A DNA stretch of 56,035 bases, taken from Stylophora pistillata (Eukaryota). The stretch's first letter is position 1, and each line of letters starts with the position of its first letter. The notes beneath the pieces are model-generated. The model saw only the letters and a program-made list of their open reading frames with translations, did not search any database and had not been told where the DNA came from. Position numbers and translations under genes: made by a program. Of the stretch, positions 9,387 through 21,427 are shown piece after piece. The stretch covers positions 5,293-61,327 of the forward strand of contig NW_019218554.1 of the NCBI RefSeq assembly GCF_002571385.2. The letters are read 5' to 3'.

Positions 9387-11407
9387 GTTTTTAAGGGGGG
9401 CAGAGGGTAGAGAGGGAGAAAAGGTGGGGGTGGTACTTATTTCAGGCTGGGTGCTTCTTAAATTTCCCAACCAATAGGGTGGGCACTTATTCAATGTACA
9501 CGTGCACTTATACAAGGTTGGGTGCTTAATTGAGTGAACATGGTAAATGTATTAAAAAGTAAGCCACGGACAGACTCTCTTTCTTTCCACAGGATAAGTG
9601 GTCAAAAAAGATAATTAAGATAGGGGACGTGGAGTTCAGATTTCTGAAGAACTGTGGAAGGTGAGTTTACAAGTGATGTGTCAAAGAAGTTGTTTCAATC
9701 ATTTAACACCCAAGATCTAATTTTGAATTCTCCCCTCAGGCTGCTACACATTCCATTGTAATTTGTTAGGAGAATTTGGTGCTACAATGATTTAAGGATA
9801 AAAGTTTCTGTCTGATAAGTGTGGGTATTCTCATTACCTGTTTGCTGGATAGTGTATGGATATTATAGGGAGAAGCTACATGTTAATCTCTTAAGGGAGT
9901 TGAGGGTTAATCCATAAACTCCTGGTCAGGAGATTCTGAGAGTTTCAGTCTTATGTAACCCTATATTTCTACAGCTCACTGATTTGGTTTAACTCTGAAA
10001 AAGAAAAAAAAAATATGATTACAGTAAACACACGCATATAAGAACACATGGATTAAGAACATCAGAAATTTTGCAAATAAAGCACCATATTTATAAGAAC
10101 AAAATCAGCCTGGAAATATAAATTGTTCTTATAAAATGGGTAAGACATTAACATGCCCTTCATGTTAGATGTATTTTCTTGTTTTGTTTACTAGTTAACT
10201 AGTAATAAGGCTGATTTTCTTTTGCAGGGTAATTGCTACAATAATGTCACGATATTTATTAATTTTCTTTGCCATTAAATATGCTAATTTAATCTCAAGC
10301 AATTTTTTTGCATTGTTACAGTTCTGAATTAATAATAGTAATAATAATACAGCATTTGTTGTGCGCAAACTCCATGTGGATATGCTCAAATGCGCATGAA
10401 TTTCAACAACAAAATTGAAGAACAATTTAAGAACACCTTCAGGCTGATTTTTCACTAAGCACCCGCTAAATAAGAACCTGATCAACCTGGCCTCCAAAAT
10501 CATGTGTTCTTATAAATTATGCGGGTGTTTACTGTATTTTCCAAGGTGTTCATTGACAACCATAAACCCTGCAACAGGAGAAAAGGAAGGAGATGAACCT
10601 CTGGCTACTCTGCAAAGGTAATATCTTACTTGTTAATACATGTACATGTATTATTTTAATGTTATTCCTCAGTATTTTTGGGACTGCTGTTACACAAGTA
10701 TTATGAATCACTATGGTTAGAAAATGTCAGTGAAAATTTCAGTCACTTAGAAATGTGTTTAATATTGTATTTATAGGTAAGTTTCTTTTAGATGCTTTGG
10801 AAAAATACTTAGTGGTTACAGTTTGGAAAAATGAGTTTTTTTCCTAAGTTGATTTTTGAAATGGCTTGTTTCACCAGCAACCTTGTTCAAAGGGTCTCTC
10901 ATCCTCCTACCCCCTGGAGCAAGAGGGTCTCTCCTCTCTTGCTCCAAGGTCTCTCCTCTCTCGCTCCAGGGAGGGGGAAGATGAGAGACCTGGGAACGAG
11001 GTTGGTTTTACCAGGTCAATTTCATATTGCAAAAAAAAAAAGACCTTTTCAGGTGGAGGTCATCAGCCATGGACTGATCCCATAATAATTAAATATTGAT
11101 GGCAGCTTTCTTAGGTACATCTTAGACTACTACTACTGAGACAGTGTTTCTGATAAAGTTTCTGATAAAGCCACAATCCTTGCAGACAAGTGGCAATTTT
11201 AGCAATTGCAGAAAAGTGTTATGTGTGTGGATCAGAAGAGGGACAACTATCAGTAATTAATGATCTTTGACTTTTCACAGGATAAGGCTCCCTGAGGACA
11301 GAGATCCAAGGCAGGGAAGAGCTCCTCTTTTTGGAGTACAGTTTGCTCTTGATGGAGATAAGATGGGGGTTGTAAAATTGGGAGACCGGGTGATGGTCTC
11401 TACATGA
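5745..11407 (+). CDS. MTARC: Mitochondrial amidoxime-reducing component (mARC, MOSC-domain molybdoenzyme), copy 1 (7 exons, 319 aa)
   Basis: Exons 5745-5953, 6782-6961, 7423-7585, 8547-8687, 9593-9660, 10546-10617, 11281-11407 (960 nt, in frame). N-terminal TM anchor plus basic patch, IYPVKSCKG, YDRRW, RFRPNVVV, Moco-ligating CGRC..TTINP, EPLATL, PLFGV. Confidence 0.95.
7864..8147. mobile_element. MITE-like insertion in mARC copy 1 intron 3
   Basis: Inverted arms ATCTTATTAACCAAGC ... GCTTGGTTAATAAGAGAT with internal GTACTGG/CCAGTAC and AGAATATCGGC/GCCGATATTCT; CpG-rich against CpG-poor flanks. Confidence 0.55.
9702..9910. mobile_element. TTAA-flanked MITE family B (related copies ~17480-17660, ~28550-28750, ~44624-44830)
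   Basis: Shared core TTCTCCCCTC..GCTGCTACACATTCC..GAGAATTTGG..GATAAGT..GTATTCTCAT..CTGTTTGCTGGATA in either orientation; TTAAC...GTTAA ends. Confidence 0.6.
10020..10536. mobile_element. TA-flanked MITE (Tc1/mariner/pogo-like) in mARC copy 1 intron 5
   Basis: TA-CAGTAAACACACGCATATAAGAACACATG ... CATGTGTTCTTATAA..ATGCGGGTGTTTACTG-TA terminal inverted repeats; internal TAAGAAC motifs. Confidence 0.75.
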
Positions 11408-12675
11408 CTGGAAAATTAAGAGGCACTGACAGCCTAGTTCCCTTAATGCTAATTTAGAAAATAGTTTGTGGTAATATAATGCAAGAATAATTATATTTCA
11501 TGTTTACTATTTTGTGATTAGATTCTTCTGGCGATCACAGAACTCACTTAAATGTGCCATGCTCTCAACATGTGGCTCTGTACAAAAGCTCAGGTGGTAG
11601 TAGCACCCTACTTGTATGAGGGAGGCAAAGGGTTATTCTCTGTGGAAGCTTGAACTTCTTCAGACTTCTTTCTCTGCAGTGGCATGTGAAGAGCAATTTG
11701 TCACAATTTGTTATCTCATCCATCCACTGGTAAAAACATGATTTAATTACCTGCAAGGATCATAATATGATATTTTCACCATAATTGGTTGTAATGTTGA
11801 AATCGGATGGGCCCTTACCTGTTGGCAATCAGAGTACAGACATTCGACATTTGATGTCTCTATTGTGGTAAAAGAACAAATTGACAGTGGTTTAGCATGG
11901 TCTGTACTCTCATCAAAATGATATTCATCATTGCAGTGGTCAAAATTTGTTGGTAACTCACTCAGCTGCGCCTTGATATCTAAACATTGACCTTAGAACT
12001 GCTTCATGTCAATAAAAAGACTGCCAGCTGAGCTGGCAAGGCCTGCTTTTATTTATTAACTTCTCAATACTATAGTTAGGTGTTATTGTCAATATACTTA
12101 TAGAGAGAGTTGGTGTTTACAAAACACTTTTATGAGTTTAGATGTAATCACAGTATCAATTACATTGTAATGTAGACTCAATATGGAAATTTTAAAATAC
12201 CATGGCATACACCATCAAAAATACACAGCTCTTTGTAGCAGAATAAAGATTGAAATACTTATTATTGAAATGCTTTTGCATCTATGATGCTGTAACTTAA
12301 ATTTCCCTGTTAACCCACCCCTCTACTCTCCCACCCCTCCCGTAATCTTAGCCTACTTACCCTCATCTTAGCCTACTTTTCATTTGCTTTCTACCTTCTA
12401 CCCTCTACTAACCCTCACCTGTCATCTTCCCCCCTTCCCTTCGGCATTTCCCACTTTTTACTCCCCCTCCACCCTATCTCACACTCCTCTTTCTCGGATT
12501 TGAAATCTTGAACGCCTTGGTTCGATTTTTTCTGCCGTTTTCTCGAATCCAGTCTTCGAACCTCTCCCAGCCCTCCGCAGTGCCTTTTTTGTGCGGGGCG
12601 GGGTGCGGAAAGGGGCGAGTTCGGTGGTTGGGCTGGCAAAGGTTCGGTTACAAAGTCAGTCGAAATCCTGAAAAA

Positions 12676-15600
12676 ATGGCGCCGATTTCGTACTCAAAAT
12701 GTCTGCTGATGGCCTTACCCGCCGTCGTTTTGGTGAGTTTTGCTGCATTATGGTGGCAGAGTAAGGAGAAAAGACGGCGTTATCAAGAAGTGGGGCGGGT
12801 TTGTAGCCTGATCATTTATCCCGTGAAATCTTGCAAAGGAATTCCTGTGGATGATGTGAAGTGTTTCAAAGAAGGAATGGAGTACGACAGGTTAGACTGG
12901 AGAGATTTTACCATCAACTTGTTTTAAGCATGAGGCAGTAAACGAAAATGCATTGAAATTGCTGGGGAAAGGCTCCTTTTTAGTCTGTATGCATGTAGCT
13001 GCCAGAATCGGAGGGCGATTTGGTAGCCTCATGAACTAGAGCAAATTACTAGCTATACTCCTTACTCCACTACTAAAAGAAGGCGATAAATCGATTCTGA
13101 TAACTTGGTTTTCCCCGACAGTTTTCAGCGTTCAACGATCGAACGCCTCTAAAAAAGTATTTTTGGTAAAGATGAGAGCTAAGTAAATAAAGTCGTGCTA
13201 ATTTAACCCGCCATACCAAAGGTCATTCAAAGAGGGTTAAAGGGGGAGCCTTGCACACGTCTCACGCACATCAAAAAGTAGAAAGAACGCATCACGAAAA
13301 ATCGGACAAACAACTTGAAGGTTTACATATGGCAAAAAAAAAAAAAGAAATTCACTGCTCACAGGGTTCTAGTTTGGTATTTTTACTGGTCATGAAGTAA
13401 AAACACTTAATGCTGTACGTGTGAAAAACCTCTCCCCCCCCCTCGTATTTTCGTATGACTTGTCACAGTTAAGCTTGTGTTGAAGTATGGGTATTACATG
13501 CATCAGATGAAGAGCATGGGTTAAGGCCTGCATAACATAAGATTGAATTATTGTTTTTACCTCACAAAGAGCTTAACAGAGATCCAAAACCACAAAACTA
13601 CCTAAACTATACCTAATTGCTATAAACTGCACAAACTGGCAAAAAAAGGAATTGAAATTGCAAATACACACTGCACTGCATTTCAACTTCCTGATGAATT
13701 AGTAAAGTTTGGAGTTAATGAAAATGATTTGTTAGGGAGCATTAATGTCTCCCCAGAATCCATATTGACATTCAAATGCTTCTGTCAATTTATAAGAAGT
13801 ACACTTTTTCTGCGAGAAAAGAGCGACAGATTCTAGATTCTAGTTTCTCCTAGCATTGTCACTGCTAAATCCAACATCAAGGCCATGAGAATGAAGGAAA
13901 TGATGACTATCAAAGACACTTGTCAAAACAAATTCACTTTTTGAATGTACCATTGGAAATACGTAGAGAACAGTATGACAATATTTATACAGATTCAAGA
14001 GTATGAAAGGTTGAAATATTGAAAACAATTTGAACCACACTGCCCTTAATTTCCATGACTTTGCCTTCTAAAGATAATTGACCAATCTTATTTCATCATC
14101 AGTGTTATAAAGTTGGTTTGTTTCACAAGAGTAAGATTTAGGCAGGCAAAAGCATCAGCTTGTCAGGGAGGGTTTTGGTTTGGGGCCTTAACTTAAGGCT
14201 AGAGGATTCAGATCTGGCGTAAATTTTTACAAATTGACATTATTTTCAACAGGCGTTGGATTCTAGTGGATGCCAATGATACCTTCGTATCCCAGCGTAA
14301 AGATCCAAAGCTAGCCCTGATTGTTCCTCGCTTTGAAGATGGAAAATATCTTTGTCTTGATGCCCCTGGAATGGAAACCTTGAAAATGGACATAGAATTA
14401 CAAGTACCTGCAGATAAACAGGAATACAAGAAGATAAAGTAAAACATGGTTCTTGTGTACAGGGCTTTCATAAGAAAAATGTAGTGGGTTTATGATCTAT
14501 GCAAGCATAGTGTGTTGCCCTGGAACATGCCCTTCAAAGGTGGTCTGGGGGCAAGCTCCCCTAGTGTATATGTTGCAGGTAAAAAAAATTTAACCAAGGT
14601 TGAATTTCAATTCTCTTTGTCTCCAAGCCCTAATTGTGAATAAATAGGGCTCGGAGACAAAGGAAATTGAAATTCAACCTAGGTTAAAATTTTTTTACCT
14701 GAATTTAATTTTTACCTGCAACATGTATATATATACTGGGACCTATTTTCGAAAAGTTTTTTTACTCATATTCTGTCTTTCACCATAATTCACGAAGTAA
14801 CAAGCACAAAATGGTCTGACAGCTGGTGGGTTTCAATTGCCTACAAGTTTTTGATGACAACCCTGTGTGTAATTCAGCTTATGCAAGTATGCAATTTAAT
14901 CAAGGAAAGAATTTGTTTGTATTGTATACAAACCTGTCTACTATTTTTTTTTTTTTTTTTAAGTTTTAGTTTGTTTTAGTAATTTTTTTAAAACTTTGAA
15001 AAGTTACATGGGGTTTTCCATGAGAATTTAGTACATTTTAATTTTAGTGGATTTTGCAGATTCTCCTTAGTTTGGAAAATATATAGTAGAAAAGTGGGTT
15101 TAATATGATTTCATATTTCTTTTTGTGCCCTTATATTTATTCATTTTTTTTTTGTTTTGTTTTAAATTCCAGGGTTTGGAGGATTTATGGAGAAGGTCTC
15201 TATTGTGGCGATGAAGCAGCAGAGTGGATCTCCAATTTTTTAAATAAACCTGGATACAAGATGTATAAACTTTCCAAACCAAGAGTGATTTGTGAAGATG
15301 ACAAGTGGGGTGATGTTGCTCTACCAGATGACAAGGTAAATGTAATAAAACAAAAAGGAGAAGCTGGGTATAGGCCAGGTTAAATTTTGGTTTTACCAAC
15401 TGAGCTGATGATTTAAACTGACCATCATAAAGTGTTTCAAAGCTGACATTTCAAGGGTTAGCCCTGCATCAGAGTGAATCACAGAGGGCAAATGCTATAA
15501 ATGTCAGCTTTGAAACTCTTCATGGTGGTCAGCTTTCATTGTCAACTCCATTTATGAAACAAAAATTACCCCAGTTGATATAAACTCCAACGATACAGCC

Positions 15601-18600
15601 CCACAGTTTCTTTTAATTAGAAATATCCCTGGATTATTCATAAAATTATGTATAGACCGGTATGGTATACTGGTTTGGACTGATGCGATTCTCTCAGAAA
15701 TCCAAAACCATCTAATAGACTTACATTTTGAACAAAGAAGGAAAAAGGCAAGGCCAATAATTGAAATCATTGCAAAACTATGCAACACAAACATTCATTT
15801 TTAGTTCATGTAAGATGTACAGTAGCGTGAAAATACAATATTTAAACTCTACTGAAGAGTCATCATTTAGTGACAGAGGATGTTGCTGGATCATTTATAA
15901 CTAAAAGCAATTTAAGACTTTTTTCTAAACTTTTCTTCCTATATCTCATTTGTTGTTTAATCCAGTCAGCATTTGGAGATTTTGCTCCATACATGATTGC
16001 AACAGAGGCCTCATTAGAAGCGGTGAACGAAGAACTTTCATCTCCCGTGACAATGGAAAGATTCCGTCCTAATGTTGTGGTTGAGGGCATGAGGGCTTTT
16101 GATGAGGTCAGTATATATATGTGACCTCTCACGCGAAAACGTTCTGAATGGTAGCCAATTGAACAGTGAACGGAACGGCAAGCGAACGGGTAACAAACAG
16201 CTAGGCAAGCCGTTCGAAACAGATACTGTGAATGGAGGAACAGCTAATAACAATTTTCGAATGGATTAGGTTGAACGGATGAACGGATGAACGGCTAATG
16301 AAAATAATTTATATCAATCCATTCTACACTGTTGTATTAAAATTGATTAGGCTTCCATTATTATTATCATAGTTTTATCTTCTCTCTCTTTTTTATAGGA
16401 CAAGTGGGCAGCTAAGATAATAAAAGTTGGCGATGTTGAATTTAGATTCCTGAAACGCTGTGGAAGGTAATTAAGTCAGTCATAAAATACATTGAAAAAA
16501 ACAAGTTAGTTTTAGTCAGGGCAGGGGTTTAAATTAAGGCTGGTTATCAACAGTCTCTACTGAGCCTGTATCGTAAGACCTCTTTTGTCATCTGTTTAGC
16601 TTGTGAGGAGGCTTTCTTGTAGGGTTTTGCTTTATGACCCCTTTCGCAGGTTGTTGGGACCGTCGATATATATATATATATATATATATGAGCTTACAAC
16701 AGAGCACTTCAAGACCATGAGTTGTTTATTATATTCTGAGAATAAACTATCACATTCACACGTGCAAAGTTCCCGTATTTATATATGGTGGTAACCCAGG
16801 TAAAAAGTCACCCGGGATCCCGCCATTCCCACCTGGGAATCAAAGATGATCCCACCTGGTATCCCGCCTTAAATGTGGGATCCCATCAATCCCACCCGGG
16901 ATTCTGGGTGGGAATGGTGGGATCCCACCACCTAAGGCAGGATCCTGCCATTCCTGCCTGGGAATCAAAGATGATCCCACCTGGGATCCCGCCTGAAATC
17001 TGGGATCCCACCTGGGATCCCGGGTGGGAATGGCGGGATCCCACTACTCAAGGCGGGATCCTGCCATTCCTGCCTGGGAATCAAAGATTATCCCACCTGG
17101 GATCCCGCCTTAAATGTGGGATCCCATCAATCTCACCCGGTATCCCGGGTGGGAATGGCAGGATCCCGTAACCCAAGGTAGGGATTCTGCCATTCTTGCT
17201 TGGGATTAAAAGATGATCCCACCTGCGATCCCACCTTAAATGCAAGATTTTCACATCCCACCCGGGATCCCAGGTGGGATTGGTGGGATTTAGGCAGGAT
17301 TTTGCCAATCCCATCCAGGATCTACAACGTCATGTAGGAAAGACAAGATGTACTATCAATGGTAACATCTCCATGTAAGTGACACAGGATATGACACAGG
17401 CAAGCCACCTAGTGCACTTTTGGCAGCCACTTATATATGGAAAAAGTTATTGAAACCCTGTCAACTCTTTATTTCTCAGTAGAGATTAACATGTAATTTT
17501 TCCTTATAATATCCATACATTATCCAGCAAACAGGTGATGAGAATACTCAAACTTATCAGTTACAAGCTGTTCTTAATCTAACTGATTCTCGTAACTACA
17601 CTTGCAAGGAAACATGTAGCAGCTAGAGGGGAGAATTAACAATCAGATCTTGTGAGTTAAAGGCTAGGGTTAAGGGAAGAAAATGGATGAATTGGGAGAG
17701 AAACTCTAACCAAGATACAGTGGAACCCCGATATAACGATATGCCAAGGGAGCAGTGGAATTAAGGCTGATAGTTTTGAAAGAAACTGTTTGGGGCTGCG
17801 TCGGTGGGAGTAACAAAATAATTTGGATATATCAACAAAGTTGAAATGGCAAATTGGCCACCATAACAATTACAGAAGCTGATATTTCGAGCATTAGCCC
17901 TTCGCTGGAGCCAAGTGGATTTAGATCACTGTATCGAGTTATCGTTATGCCGAGATGGGGTTCTGTCCCATACATTTTACTGTAACTTTTGCTGGGACAT
18001 AGCATATTTATCGTTGTACTAGGAATATTGTTATATTGAGGATCATTGTATCTGGGTTCCACTGTAGCAATGATATCAGCCAACAAGTAACTCAGCCCAC
18101 ATCTGAAGCCAGACCTAGAATTTCATTGCAGGTCCATTGCAGTATGCCAATCTATACAGGTCTTTTACTTTTATTGTCAGATATGCCCTTTAAGGGCCAT
18201 GTTTTTAGTAGAGGAACCTCTTATAAGCTCACATAAATTATGCTAGCCTAATTTTTCAGGCTTCATTTTTCCAAATTAGCATTTTATTTAATACTTGCTT
18301 TGTAGTAATGGTTGCATATTAAATTCTATAATTATATAATAAATTGCAGTTAGTTTGACTGCTGGCTGAAAAGTTTGTGCAGCTGGATTTTCATCTTTCA
18401 ATTTTAAGTTACTCGCTATTTGTAGTGTCCATTTTCTGAAATTGTTTATATTTAGGTGTCTGTTAACAACAGTGAATCCTGACACAGGCGAAAAAGAAGG
18501 AGATGAACCTTTGGCCACTTTAAGGAGGTAATTGTTTTTATTATTAATTGAATTGGCAGAAGTTCATATTGTCAGATCACTTCGCAAGATTCCAAACCTT

Positions 18601-19781
18601 ATCCCACAATACGAGAATGAATGCATTCTTACTTCAAGTAATAAGCGGTGAAAACCCATTGAAGATAAAATTGATTTTCATTATTAACTGATTGATCAAA
18701 AGGCAAAATTTTACTTTGTGGTTGTTGTGTTATAGTATGATGTAGTGTTATTTTGACGGAGCCCTTTTTGACAATGGCTTGTGACCACAATCTGGCAGGG
18801 AATAATGACCTCTAGGCATCAGAGAACTGGATACTTTCCAGCTACTCATTTAGAATTTCTCTGGTCAATTTTAAAGATCTGAGGTTTTCCTTTTTAATTT
18901 TGAGACAAGGAGAATAAATTGATATGTTATAACTAAATTCCTCAAACCTATTGTCAATCCTAAGAGTGATCAAGACATTATTTCTCCCTCCAATTTCAAT
19001 ACAGTTATTATATCAATGGATCAATGTAAGTATCTAAGTAACTGTCCACCTACGTACCCCTCCCCTATTAAGCTTAACATAGGTTAGGGGAGGGATGGGT
19101 AGGTGTTATATTTGTTCAGATACCTTCATTGATAAGAAGACAGGAAAACATCAACCAGGGGATTATTGTTGATCCAAAACCAAACTCTCAGCAATAAAAT
19201 TATGAGAAATGTATAGTAGACAATCGGGAGAATTACTGTTAGATGAAAATAGATTGAGACCTTGGCATTGGAAGATTTTTATTTTGTTGTATATAGTGTA
19301 CAAGAATTATCATGTCCTTTCTTAACCCTTTATTCTGTAAGGGTGACTAGCAGCCAATTTCTACCTATAGGACCACTTCTGAATCTTACATGAAGGTCAC
19401 ATGAATAAAGGAAATGACCACTGACTAAAACAAGCTCTTGATTGTTAAACAAATTCTCCTTGTCAGCACCTTAGAAAATGTATTGAGAACAGTGCAGGCA
19501 TTGCATACTGTGGTTAGGGTACAAAACTTAATTAAAAAGAAGAAATCATTGCTTTGGATTGTTTACTTTTTTACTCAACTCCTTTTTGATGAGCTGATGC
19601 CTGAGAATGCATGTCATTTTGCTAACAAATGCACCTTTTTTAATTTATTTTCAGAATAAGGCTCCCTGAAGACAGAGACCCAAGACAAGGGAATGCCCCT
19701 CTGTTTGGAGTTCTTGTTGCCCCTGTGGGCAATGCAGTTGGAGTTATAAGGATTGGAGATGCTGTCATGGTTTCAGAATAA
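12676..19781 (+). CDS. MTARC: mARC (MOSC-domain molybdoenzyme), copy 2 (7 exons, 323 aa)
   Basis: Exons 12676-12890, 14253-14438, 15173-15335, 15966-16106, 16399-16466, 18456-18527, 19655-19781 (972 nt, in frame); IYPVKSCKG, SQRKDPKL, FGDFAPY, RFRPN, CGRCLLTTVNPDTG, PLFGV. Confidence 0.95.
14567..14727. mobile_element. Foldback (near-palindromic) MITE
   Basis: ATGTTGCAGGTAAAAA...TTTTTACCTGCAACAT termini and long internal arms (GGTTGAATTTCAATT..TTTGTCTCC / GGAGACAAA..AATTGAAATTCAACC). Confidence 0.75.
16808..17323. repeat. GC-rich minisatellite of ~116-126 bp units built from GGGATCCC palindromes
   Basis: The GGGAATCAAAGATGATCCCACCTG block (with variants) starts at 16835, 16960, 17076 and 17202. 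Confidence 0.9.
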
Positions 19782-20959
19782 TTGCCACGTACAATCTCAA
19801 TAAAGAATAAATTGTGGTAAATTATAAGGTTACTTATTGTATAATTTTGCAAGTTAAGGTAAAGTGTAGCATTATTGTGTGTCAGATTTGGGGGTATGAC
19901 AAAGTCTGTCCTTTTTCTTAAGTAAGCCAAAATTGTTGAAAGCTTTTCACCTGATTTTATCTTTCAGTTGGAACACATATCTGTGCTGAAAGGTTTATGG
20001 TATAGCATGTTGTTGTATTTATTAACTCAGACAATAAGTCTTCTTTCACCTCTTTTTTTCAGAACTGTTTTTTGTTTGTTTGTTTGTTTGTTTGTTTGGG
20101 TCACATTTCCAGATTTCATATGCATCTCACTGACTGAAAACCACCTGATACGCTCAATATTTTTCCCCTGGAAGAAATGGAAAGAAAATCTACACTATAC
20201 TTTTATATCTATTTTTTTTTTTTTTATTGATTGATAGATTAATTGACTGATGTTTGTTCTAGGGAAGGGGTGGTGTAATCATTATGAGAGGTTCTTATTT
20301 AATATTTTAGCCATGGAGGAGGTGAGGGCTACCAATAAAACTGGAGGTTCCAATTCTTATTTAAATCTGATGGCTTAATTATGCAAACATGTTGAAAGTT
20401 ACGTATCTAATGGTGTTTGGGTTTGTAATAATAACTTAAATGTATGGTGGAATAGTCTAGCTTCTCATAAAAACATGAAGTGAGGTTGGTAATACTTCTC
20501 TATGCACGAAGTAAAGTTGTGGCAATTAACCAACAAATAAACATTGTATCTACTAATATTGTTTGTTGCTATTTTGCTTTATTGAATTTGATTTTAAATT
20601 GATGCAAATAACCAACAATGGGCAGGCTGTGAAAAAAAGAAAAAAAAAAAAGAAAAAACCTCACAAAGACAGGTGAACAGAGAAAGAGAAAAGAAAAATC
20701 CCCTTACTTTGCATGCTCCTAGCCCCCTCCTACCTTGACACCATTTTGTATGCACTCTTTGATCAGCGTTTACTGTAGCTCTTCCAATGTTCATTTGAAG
20801 TGTTTTAATTGCTAGCTCAGGAAAGGAAAGTGTTCAAACAAACTGACTGATCTATTTGTCCAGAGAGAATTTTAATTCATCCATTTGGTGTTTTATATTT
20901 GAATTGTTTAATATATTAAGTTAGTTATCACTGACAGTGGTTGACAAATACTTTATCAT

Positions 20960-21172
20960 TATAACTCTTTACACCCCAACACATCAGTATGCATATTCTC
21001 CATACTGTTCTCTATACATTTCCTGAGGTGCTGACAAGGAGAATTTGTTCAACAATCAAGAGCTTCTTTAGTTGGTGATCATTTCCTTTATTCTCGTGAC
21101 TTTAATGTGTGATTCAGGGCTGATATTGTAAGGAGAAATTAGATGCTAGTCAGTTAAGGGTCAATGGGTTAA
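20960..21172. mobile_element. TTAA-flanked MITE family A (other copies ~37485-37690, reverse ~19322-19510 and ~4200-4330, partial ~29658-29770)
   Basis: Conserved TAACTCTTTACACCC..ACATCAGTATGCATATTCTCCATACTGT..GCTGACAAGGAGAATTTGT..GAAATTAGATG..GGGTTAA in several places. Confidence 0.75.
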
Positions 21173-21427
21173 TATTGCTCCAGTACAAAAATTACCACCA
21201 GTCAGGATAGAACAGTTTTCAATTCATTTTAATGTCTGTCAAGGAAATGCAGACAACTAAACAAATTTGCACATGCACCCAAATGAACCATTAGAATCAA
21301 TACAACTTTAGATCTGAGTAACTGTCTTTACTTTTAAAAAAATAATGCATATTATGCAGTTCTTTTGGAAGCTAAACTTGTTATGGAACATATGAATGAG
21401 AACTGGAATGTTATCCTCCAAGATGGC

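Noticed and set aside
11405-11407. TGA as possible selenocysteine or readthrough in mARC copy 1
   Set aside because: Copies 2 and 3 have TAA at the same position of the 127-nt exon; it is an ordinary stop.
16785-17314. 128-aa and 77-aa Pro/Gly/Trp-rich ORFs, or a CRISPR-like array
   Set aside because: Translation of the intronic minisatellite; whole units repeat with no unique spacers, there are no cas genes, and the context is eukaryotic.
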